DNA of 64,000 bases from an uncultured delta proteobacterium (GTDB lineage: Bacteria; Desulfobacterota; Binatia; Binatales; Binataceae): NCBI GenBank assembly GCA_963765675.1, contig CAVXXK010000001.1:1952001-2016000 (forward strand), read 5' to 3'. Positions 45,588 to 55,400 of the stretch are shown one piece after another. How positions within the stretch are numbered: position 1 is the first letter of the stretch; every line of letters begins with the position of its first letter. A program made the position numbers and the translations under genes. A model generated the notes under the pieces. The model was given only the letters and a program-made list of their open reading frames with translations, had not been told where the DNA came from and searched no databases.

Positions 45588-48209
45588 TCAGCTCTGGTGC
45601 GGTTGTTTTGTCTCCGAGAGCAACGGCTCGAGCCGATGGATCGATTCCTCCAGGCTCGCATGTTTCGTTAGCGCTTCGAGGAAAGGATCCCGTCTCAACC
45701 GCGTCATTCGTGCCACCATGTTCTTGATATTGTACGAGACTGGATCGAGAGTCGGTTTGAGTTCCGCCCAACTCAATGGCGCCGAGACCGGCGCCCCCGG
45801 AACCGGACGCACTGAGAATGGAGCCGCGATAGTTTTGCCATGGCCGAGCTGTAGATAGTCAATATACACTCGGCCTTTCCGGGTGCCTGGATTCCGATTG
45901 ATCGTGGCAATTTCAGGAATTCTATCTACGACTGCCTGCGCAACCAGTTCAGAGAACATCCTGGCCTGTTCGTAAGTATATTTCGGCGCCAGTCCGACTA
46001 CCACGTGAAGGCCCATCTGGCCCGAGGTTTTCAGGCACGGTTCCAACCCCACCTCACGCAGGATGCCAGCCACTTCCTCCGCGACCTGTACCGCCGCACG
46101 CGTCGTCGAACCTTTGGGGTCGATGTCAAACAGCAGCCAATCAGGATGTTCGAGACTCGTGACGCGCGAGGACCAGATATGAATTGTGATCGCGGCTAGA
46201 TTAGCTACATAGGCAATAGCCTCTTCGCTGTCTAATATAAAATAGGCTATTTCCCGCTGCGAGTCCTCGGAATAGATCTTTGCAGTCCGAATCCAGGACG
46301 GGACGAAGGTGGGCGCATCTTTCTGATAGAACATCTTGCCTTCGATGCCGTCGGGAAAGCGCGTCAGCATCACAGGGCGATCCTTCAGATACGGCAGCAT
46401 CCACTTTGAAATCGACCGATAGTAGGCGACCAAATCACCCTTGGTATATCTCTCCTTTGGCCAGAACACTTTCTCGGGGTTGGTTACCGTGGCGATTGGC
46501 TGTTCAATCTTCCCATTACGCTCCAGACCGCCGAGTTCCTCAGTCGGCTTGATATCAGCGATCGCTTCTTTCGCGGTGATCGAGAGCGCGTCAGGGCCCT
46601 TGTAGACGCATTGGCAAGGGTCGCCTTTTTCGACGAGCCCCAGGAAGCTCGCCTGCCGTACACCGCCGTGGTCGGTCCACTCGCTGAACCTGATCCTGGC
46701 AACCAACTCCGGCCGGACGAAGCGTGCGCCCTTTTCCGTAGCGGGCTCCCCGGTCAGGGGCTTTCGGAACGGCGAGGCAGATTGAGCGCGCTCCAGCAGC
46801 ATCGCGTGGATCTTGCGCAGCACGTCGCGATTGAATCCGGTGCCGACCTTGTCCGTGTATCGCAATGTGCCTCCCGCTTCGTACTGGCCCAGTAGCAGCG
46901 CGCCGAAGTGGGTTCGTGTACCTCCAGGATCGGTGTAGCCGCCGATTACGAAATTTTGGACGAGCGGGCATTTGATCTTGAGCCAATCTCCGTTGCGCGC
47001 GCCGCGATACGGTGCATTGCGGAGTTTGGCAATCATTCCTTCCAGCTGATTCTCGGCGACGGCGTGATAAAAATCTGTTCCACGAGCGACCACGTGGTCG
47101 CAGTAGCGTACCGGCCCGTCGCCCATAATCAATTCGCTGAGCAATTGCTTGCGTTGCTCGGTTGGGAGAGCGCGGGTGTCGTAGTTATCAAACGCCAGGA
47201 GATCGAACACGAAATAGCGGACCGGAACCGCGTAGCTGAGCCGCGCGATCTGGCGCTGGTCGTTGACGTGCATTCTCGTCTGCAAGAGCTGAAAGTCCGG
47301 ATGTCCCTCGTCGTTAATCGCCACGATTTCTCCATCGACGACGAAGCGATCGAAAGGATGAGCTTTCAGCGCCAGCACTACTTCCGGGTAACGATTGGTA
47401 ATATCAGTTCCGCTGCGGGCGAATAGCTGGATCGAACCCGCGTCGCGGATAGCCAGCGCTCTCACGCCGTCGTACTTGACCTCGAATAGCCACTTCTCGC
47501 TGTCGAAGGGCTTCTCTGCCAGCTTCGCTAGCATCAGGGGAAAATCCGCGCGGCGCAATGCCTTGGAGAATTCGCCCAGATGCTGCCGCGCGAGGTACGC
47601 GGCGACTTTGCGGCCCGCGCCGGGAGCGTCGCGCATCTCTTCGATCGTGAGCCCGGACAATACCGAGCGTGGATGCGCTGCCAATACGTCGTCGGAGCTG
47701 GCGAATTCATCGCGCTTCTTGATCAGAAGCCAATTCTTCCTGTCTTTCGGATCGGAGGTCCGGCGTCCTCCCGTTCGGACCAGCGTGTATGCGCCGTTCA
47801 GCTTGAACCCGCGCAGTACTATGTCGAGCTTGCCTGCACGGACCGCGTCGGCCGCGTTGCCCGTAAAATCCTGCGCGCTCCACTCGCCGCGGTCCCACAC
47901 GATCACCGCGCCGGCGCCATAGTTGCCTTCGGGAATCACGCCTTCGAAGTCGCCGTACTCCAACGGATGATCTTCAACCGCGACCGCAAGATGCTTGTCG
48001 GCTGGATTCAGCGAAGGACCTTTTGGCACCGCCCACGAACGCAGAACTCCCTCCATCTCAAGTCGGAAGTCATAATGCAGACGGCGCGCGGCGTGCTTTT
48101 GGACGACAAAGATTCCGCGCGCCTGCGAACCATGCGCGCGGACAGCACCGCCAAACGGCTCCGGCGTGCGATCTGCACTCCGTTTGCTGCGATATTTGCC
48201 TAACGGCAT
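45588..48209 (-). CDS. ligD: NHEJ DNA ligase D (phosphoesterase-ligase-polymerase order)
   Basis: QKHAARRLHYDFRLE, EVKYDG, WLKIK, RFPDG..FYQK, FDIDP, KTSG..GLH. Confidence 0.96.
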   Translation of the reverse strand: MPLGKYRSKRSADRTPEPFGGAVRAHGSQARGIFVVQKHAARRLHYDFRLEMEGVLRSWAVPKGPSLNPADKHLAVAVEDHPLEYGDFEGVIPEGNYGAGAVIVWDRGEWSAQDFTGNAADAVRAGKLDIVLRGFKLNGAYTLVRTGGRRTSDPKDRKNWLLIKKRDEFASSDDVLAAHPRSVLSGLTIEEMRDAPGAGRKVAAYLARQHLGEFSKALRRADFPLMLAKLAEKPFDSEKWLFEVKYDGVRALAIRDAGSIQLFARSGTDITNRYPEVVLALKAHPFDRFVVDGEIVAINDEGHPDFQLLQTRMHVNDQRQIARLSYAVPVRYFVFDLLAFDNYDTRALPTEQRKQLLSELIMGDGPVRYCDHVVARGTDFYHAVAENQLEGMIAKLRNAPYRGARNGDWLKIKCPLVQNFVIGGYTDPGGTRTHFGALLLGQYEAGGTLRYTDKVGTGFNRDVLRKIHAMLLERAQSASPFRKPLTGEPATEKGARFVRPELVARIRFSEWTDHGGVRQASFLGLVEKGDPCQCVYKGPDALSITAKEAIADIKPTEELGGLERNGKIEQPIATVTNPEKVFWPKERYTKGDLVAYYRSISKWMLPYLKDRPVMLTRFPDGIEGKMFYQKDAPTFVPSWIRTAKIYSEDSQREIAYFILDSEEAIAYVANLAAITIHIWSSRVTSLEHPDWLLFDIDPKGSTTRAAVQVAEEVAGILREVGLEPCLKTSGQMGLHVVVGLAPKYTYEQARMFSELVAQAVVDRIPEIATINRNPGTRKGRVYIDYLQLGHGKTIAAPFSVRPVPGAPVSAPLSWAELKPTLDPVSYNIKNMVARMTRLRRDPFLEALTKHASLEESIHRLEPLLSETKQPHQS

Positions 48210-48292
48210 CGACGGAACTATTCGAGAGGCAAAAGCGGCCGCGATCCTAATCGACTGGCGCGCGTGCGAGGTGACGCCGGAGGGCGCCGGCT

Positions 48293-49174
48293 CTAGCGGG
48301 AGCGGCGCGTGCGAGGTGCCCTGCGCGATCCCTGAGCCGCTTTGCGTTCTGCCGGTTCGGCGGCTTCCTCATCTTCCTTGCGATCCGCTCCGATCGGAAC
48401 GCCTCGCTTCTTGAGTGATTGCTTCAGAGCGCTCATCAGATCGATCACCTGTCCCTTGCGCACTTCGGGTGCGGACTCTGTGACCTCATGACCGGCCATC
48501 TTCTGTTCGGCCGCCTCGATTACACGCTCGCGGTAAGTATCCTTGTATTTTTCCGGATTGAACTTTTTTTCTGTCAGGTCCGCGATCAATCGCTGCGCGA
48601 GGTTCAGTTCCGATTCCTTGACCGGCGCGTCAGCGCCATGATCGATCTCTTTGAACGAGCGCACCTCGTCCGCGTAGTACATCGTATGAAGCATCAGGCC
48701 CTTTTCGAACGGCCGGATCAAAACCAGCCGCTCTTTGCCGCGCATGGTAAACTTTGCCACTCCGACGCGATTGGCATTAGCCATTGCTTCCCTGAGCAGG
48801 TGATAGGCTTTGGCTGAGGTCGGCTCGCATCCAAGCAGATATGAGTTTTCGAAATAGACCGGATCGACTTCGGTGACGGGAATGAATTCGGCGATCTCGA
48901 CTGCGTGATCGGCCTGCGCCTCGAGCTTCTTCAATTCCTCGTCGGTGAACGTGACGTATTTACCTTTCTCGACTTCATAGCCGCGCACCAGTTCGCTGCG
49001 ATCGATGATCTGCTCTTCCACCGGACAAAAGATCTTTTCCTGGATTCGGCTCTTATCTTTGGCGTGTAGCAGATTAAACCTGACCGTCCTGGAACTGGTC
49101 GCCGGAAACAGGCGTACCGGAATCGAGACCAGCCCAAAGGTCAGGCTGGCGGTTGATAGTGAACGAGGCGGCAT
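48293..49174 (-). CDS. ku: NHEJ Ku protein
   Basis: FGLVSIPVRL, VRGYE, DPVYFENSY, VIDLMSALKQSL, basic tail. Confidence 0.96.
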   Translation of the reverse strand: MPPRSLSTASLTFGLVSIPVRLFPATSSRTVRFNLLHAKDKSRIQEKIFCPVEEQIIDRSELVRGYEVEKGKYVTFTDEELKKLEAQADHAVEIAEFIPVTEVDPVYFENSYLLGCEPTSAKAYHLLREAMANANRVGVAKFTMRGKERLVLIRPFEKGLMLHTMYYADEVRSFKEIDHGADAPVKESELNLAQRLIADLTEKKFNPEKYKDTYRERVIEAAEQKMAGHEVTESAPEVRKGQVIDLMSALKQSLKKRGVPIGADRKEDEEAAEPAERKAAQGSRRAPRTRRSR

Positions 49175-49402
49175 CGCGGAATCCTCCAAGTGAACTCGGA
49201 TGGAATCGTATAGCTCTTGAAGCTAGCTATTCCAACTAGGCCCCGGAATTAATTTACTCGTACGCGCTTTGCGAGATGCAAGCAAATTTCGTTCAATCGT
49301 CATGCCACCTTGGAGAATCAGAATCGAGCAACCTTTTGCTGCATCTTCGCATGTTATCTCGGCTTCGCCTTTTCTTCGTCGCCAAGGAGCATGAAGATTC
49401 GA

Positions 49403-52400
49403 CTATCCGAGCACGACGCGGACATGGTGAATTGCGCCGTCGTCCGCAAGGCGAATCTGCCGCGCCTGGATCTCCTTGCCGTCGAGCTCCAGAAGGCTGA
49501 CGCCTCGGCTGACTCGACGCGGGTTCTCGACCGAGATCTCGTAGCGGGCGGAGTGATACTTGAACGTGATTTCGTAGCCGCGCCAGCCACTCGGTATCGA
49601 CGGATCGAGCAGCAGCGTTTCGCCTCGAAGACGAAATCCGAGTATCCATTCGAGCCCCGTTCTATACATCCATCCAGCCGAGCCGGTGTACCACGTCCAT
49701 CCCCCCCGTCCGACGTTGGGAGAGGTCGAGTATATGTCGGCGGAGACAACGTAGGGCTCCACCTTATAACGATGCATGCTCGCGCGCGTGTTCGAATGAT
49801 TGATCGGGTTCAAAATCGAGAATAGCTCAGCCGCTTTGTCTCCGTCACCGAGCATCGCGAATCCGATCACTGACCACAGAGCAGCTTGTGTGTATTGGCC
49901 GCCGTTTTCACGAAGCCCCGGTGGATAGCCTTTGATATATCCCGGATCGAGCGGAGTGTGATCGAACGGCGGCGTGAATAACAAAACCAAGCCACCGTCG
50001 CGTCCAACCAGATACTCATCAACCGCCGCCATCGCGATGGCGGCGCGAGCCGGATTCGCCGCGCCCGAGATGACGCCCCATGATTGCGCGATCGAATCGA
50101 TGCGGCATTCGAGGCTCGAGGCGGAACCTATCGGTGTACCGTCGTCGAAGTAGGCGCGCCGGTACCAACCGCCATCCCATCCTTCGCGATCGAGCGCGCC
50201 CCGCAACTTCGCTGCATGATGCCGCCAGATTGTGGCCCGGGACTGATCTCCGCGCTCCTGCGCCAATTGTGCGAACGATGACAGCGCATCGAACAGGAAC
50301 CATCCGAGCCAGATGCTCTCGCCGCGGCCGGCGTCGCCGACCCGGTTCATTCCGTCGTTCCAGTCTCCCGAGCCGATCAGCGGCAAGCCGTGGATTCCGA
50401 CTGCGAGGCTGACGTCGAGCGCGCGCGCGCAGTGTTCATAGAGAGAGGCGTGCTCATCGGAAACGGTAGGCAGAAAGTACGCTTCGTCTTCACCAGCGTG
50501 CAGAGCGGGACCCTCGAGGAATGGAACCGTCTCCCCGAGAATAGCGTGATCGTTAGTCACTTCGACGTAGTGAGCAACGGCATAAGGCAGCCAAATGCGG
50601 TTGTCGGAAATCCGCGTGCGCACGCCCTGGCCCGACGGCGGAAGCCACCAATGTTGAACATCACCCTCGGTGAACTGCCGCGATGCTGCGCGCAGCAAGT
50701 GTTCTTTCATGATCGCGGGCCGCGGCACCGCCAGCGCCATCACGTCCTGAAGCTGATCGCGAAAGCCGTACGCTCCGCTGGCCTGGTAGAACGCGGAGCG
50801 CGCCCATACCCGGCATGAGAGGGTCTGATAGAGCAGCCACCGGTTGAGCATGATGTCGACGGAGCGATCCGGGGTCTTCACCTGGACCGTGCCGAGGACG
50901 TCGTCCCATTGACGCGTGATCGTGGCGCGGACCGCGTCGAGATCGGCCTTGCGATATTTGGCGATTATGGATATCGCATCCGGCCTGGTTGCCGCTTCGC
51001 CCAGGAAGAAAACTATTTCGGTGGTACCATTTGCCTTGAGCTCGACACGAGTCTGAAGAGCGCCGCACGGATCAAGCGCGGCGCCTACTCGATTGGACAA
51101 TGGCGCGGCGCCGGCCAGCGCGGCAGGATTGTCGAGACTTCCGTTGCGTCCGAGAAATTCGGTGCGGTCGCCGGTCCACGAGAGTTGATTGCCGCCTAAG
51201 TCCGCGAACGCCACTCGCGTGCCGTATTCGATGCTGTAGGAGTTCCGCGCGAGCATCGCGTGGCTGGCGGAATCGATCTCGGTCACGATGAACGGCGCCG
51301 ACGCGCCGCGCGCCGTTCCGAGCACCCATTCGACGTACGCGGTGACGGCAAGCCGCCGTGAACGCGCCTGCAAGTTGCGGATTTTCAGGCGCGAGATTTT
51401 GATCGAGTCGTCGATTGGTACGAACTGCTCGAGCTCGAGCGAAACTCCGTGCGACGTATGCTCGAAGACGGTGTAGCCCTGGCCGTGGCGGACCGAATAT
51501 GACGCCGGCTCCTCGCGAATCGGCAATGCGGTCGGACTCCAGAGCTCATTGGTGTCTTCGTCGCGAACGTAGATCACTTCGCCGGGCCGGTCGCCGACCG
51601 GATCGTTCGACCACGGCGTGATTTGGTTCTCCTTGCTGTTGATCGACCAGGTGTACCCCGCGCCTTCGACCGAGACCTGGAATCCGAACGAGGGATTGGC
51701 GATCACGTTGATCCACGGCGCCGGTGTCCACTGTCCCTCACCGAGAATGGTCACGTACTCGCGTCCATCGGCGGTAAAGCCGCCCAGGCCGTTGAAAAAT
51801 TCGAGCGCGGGCCGCGGCGGCGAGGCTCCCGTCTGCCGGATCATCGGCGCGCGGCGCAGCGGAGGCGCGGCTGCTGGCAGGATCATCTCAAGACGTTTGA
51901 GTTGTTGAGAGAGGGTGCCGCGCCGGCTGAGCAATACCGCACGCGCTACGGCCGGAAGAATATTCCGCACTTCGGCCGAAACCAGGTCGGCGCGCAGAAC
52001 GAATACTCTTCCGCGTGCGGCTCCGTCACCCGACGGACGCGCCTGGTTCGCACGCACCAGACCCTCGAGCCCGCTTTGCAAATCCTGATCGTAGGAAGGC
52101 GGCCGTTCATTCATGATCACGAGATCGACGTCGAAATGCTTCATCCGCCAATAATCGTGGGCGCGCACCAGCTCACGCACGATTTCCAGGTCTTCGGCCT
52201 CGTCTATCCGAACCAGCACGATCGGAAGATCGCCCGAGATTCCGCTGGACCAGAGCTTGGACTGTCCGCCCTCGTTTCGCTTCAAGACCTCGGCCGATGG
52301 CCGCAGCGTCGGATCGGAGTAGAACACGCGATTCGCCAGGCGCTGGAACAGATGCGCCTCGTCGGAGCCAACTCTCAGATGATGGAGCTGAACTTGCGCC

Positions 52401-55400
52401 TGCGTCCACGCCAGCGTCACCGCTCGTTCGAACGCGGACGGGTCCTGATGCTTATCCACCAGGTCGAGGACCTGCGCTCGTGTCGGCGCGACCATAGTCC
52501 AGAACGCGACCCGCGCCGTGGCGCCCGCAGCAATTCGCACGCTGCGGCGAAGACTGAAAATCGGATCGAGAACGGTTCCGATCGTATTGGAGAGCGGCCG
52601 GCCGTCGATCACCGAAATTGGCGTGCGGGTGGCGCGCCCGCGTCCGAGAAAACGCGCGCGATCGGTTTCGAACTGTACGCCGCCGGCGGATTCGCCCTCG
52701 AGCACAGCGATATGCGCCGCCCAGATTTGAGGGTCCGACGGCGAGCGCGGCCGCCGCTTCGCCAGAAGAGCGCCGACCTCGGCCTCGAACTCCGTTTGCA
52801 CGAACATCTTGGAAAAGGCCGGATGGGCCGCGTCAGCCGCGTCAGGCGCCAGCACGATCTCGGCGTAGGAGGTCAGCTCGATCTCGCGAGCGCGGCTGCC
52901 GAGATTAGAGATCGAAACGCGGCGGACCTCGGCGTCGTCTTCGGGCGACACCGCCACCTCCAGGGTCGTCGTGATCGTGCCGTCGCGCCGCACGATCTCG
53001 GCCCGATCCTCGGAAAATTCGACTTCGTAACTGTCCGCCTCGACGCCGCTCGGCTGGTATCCGGCCGACCAGACCTTGGCGCTCTGTACGTCGCGCAGAA
53101 AGATGTACGAGCCCCACGAGTCGCAGGTGACGTCCTCTCGCCATCGCGTGACCGCCAAATCGCGCCAGCGGCTGAAGCCCGAGCCGGCAGCCGTGAGCAT
53201 CACGGTGTACCTGCCATTGGACAGCAGATGTGTGCGCGGGATCAGATCGTGCGGCGAATGAAAGCGGCGGATCGTTGGCGGAGTGATGTCGCGAATATTG
53301 GCGTCGGCGTTGACCTCTTCGGCGCGCGGCCTGGCGACGGCGACGTCGCGTGGAGTTCGCTCTTGCAACAACAGTTCGGTCGCCTGAATGATCGGGTCGG
53401 AGTGGAAGCGCGTCCGCATCACCCCGCGCAAAAGCGCGTCGGCGATCGCGACCAGAGTCATCCCCTGATGATGCGCCATGTACGCGCGCACGATCGCAAC
53501 CGCCTCGCCCTCCGGCACTCGTGACCGCGTATAGTCCAGCGCTTCATACCAGCCGAATCGGCCCAGGCCGCCAGCTTCACGCAGCCGCGAGAAATTCCGC
53601 GCCGCCGCCTCCGGATCGATCATCGCCGCGAGCGCGGTCGCATACGGCGCGATGACGGCGTTCTCCCGAAGTCCACGTTTAAGCCCCAGGCCGGGGACCC
53701 CGAAATTCGAGTACTGATAAGTGAGTTCGAGGTCTCTCGCGTTGTAGGCGGATTCCGAGATTCCCCACGGCACTCCGAGTTGCGCGCCATATTCCATCTG
53801 CCGACGAACAACCATCCGGTTGGTTTGTTCGAGCAAACTCCCCAGCGGCGCGCGCATCACCAACGAAGGCATCAGGTATTCGAACATCGAGCCCGACCAC
53901 GAGATCAGCGCCGAACCGCGGTCCACCGGCGTCATGCCGCGCCCAAGGCGAAACCAGTGCCGCGCCGATACGTCTCCCTTGGCGATCGCGACGAAACTCG
54001 CCAGCCGCGCCTCGGACGCGAGGAGATCGTAGCAGTTTGAATCAAGGCTGCCGTCGGCGACGCGGTATCCGATCGAAAATAGATGACGCGCGTGGTCGAA
54101 CAGGAAATCAAATTTCATCGCGTCGAAAATGTCTCCCGCAGTCGTAGCGAGCGCCGTAAGTCTTCGCTCCAGCACTCGGGCCGCTGAGCAGGAGTGGTTC
54201 AGTACGGCTGCAATCAGGTCGATCCGCGCAAGCGAATCGGCGGTCGTCCCGGGATTCGCCGCCAGCTCTGCCTTGTGCGATGCGAGGATCTCGAGCGCCT
54301 GCTCACAGCGGTCCGGCAGCTCGCCCAAGGTCGGGATCGAATCGAAGATAGAGCCGAACAGTTCTTCAGGAAGATTTCTGCAGATCGCTTTCGAGCCACT
54401 CGAGATTGAAGGCGCAATCGCCCACGGCATCAGCAGCTCGACCTCGCGCTGGTGGCTATTGATACAAGTGCGGATGGCGTTGGCCCATGCCAGTAGCCCG
54501 GCACCGGCGCTGTCGCCGCGCTCAGTGGTGAGAGTCTGGGCGATATCGATGACTGAATCGGCCTGGAGCGTTAGCTCCGCCAACTGTGCCGCGACAGCCG
54601 CTGGCGTTCGCGGTTGCGGCTGAAGCATCGCGGAAAGCGCCTCGAGCGCTTCATCAAGCTGTTTGGGAGTTACGCTCGAGGTGCGGAGATCGCCGGCGAG
54701 CGCCGGCAGAGACTCCCGAACGAGGGCGACCGCATCTTCAATCCCGGACCGCCAGGCCGAACCCACGATCGGGCGCTCGATCATCTCGCGGCAGGCGTTT
54801 CCAAACGCGATCAGGTGGCCGGCCAGGTTCCCGCTGTCCACCGACGAAACGTACTTAGGTTCGAGAGGACGCAGGTCGCGCGTCTCGTACCAGTTGTAGA
54901 AATGTCCGCGAAAGAGTTCGAGCTGGGTCATCGTTTCGACCGTGGCTTCGATTTTCTCCACCGTCGTATGCGTGCCAAGCCAGCCGAAATCGTGCGCGGC
55001 CACGATTGACAGCAGGTACAGGCCGAGGTTGGTCGGCGAGGTCCGATGCGCCAGCACGGGCTTCGGATCTTCCTGAAAGTTGTCGGGCGGAAGCATGTGG
55101 TCCTCCGCCGTCACGAACGTCTCAAAGAAACGCCAGGTGCGGCGCGCAGCCAGTCTGAGCGCGGTAGCGTCGGCTGCCGCGAGCGGTTTTAATCCCTGTA
55201 ATCGGGGCGGCTGGCTGACCCATCGCGCGATCCCCGGCGACAGAATCCACAGAATCGCAAACGGAGCCGCGATCAAACCGCCGCCGCGTCCTGCGAATCC
55301 GGCGACTGCGGCGGCCGCGATGCCCAGCGCGACGCCGCCAGCCATGCTGCGATAGAATCCTTGAAGATCGAGGCGGCGCGCCATCTTGGCCTGCGCGGCG

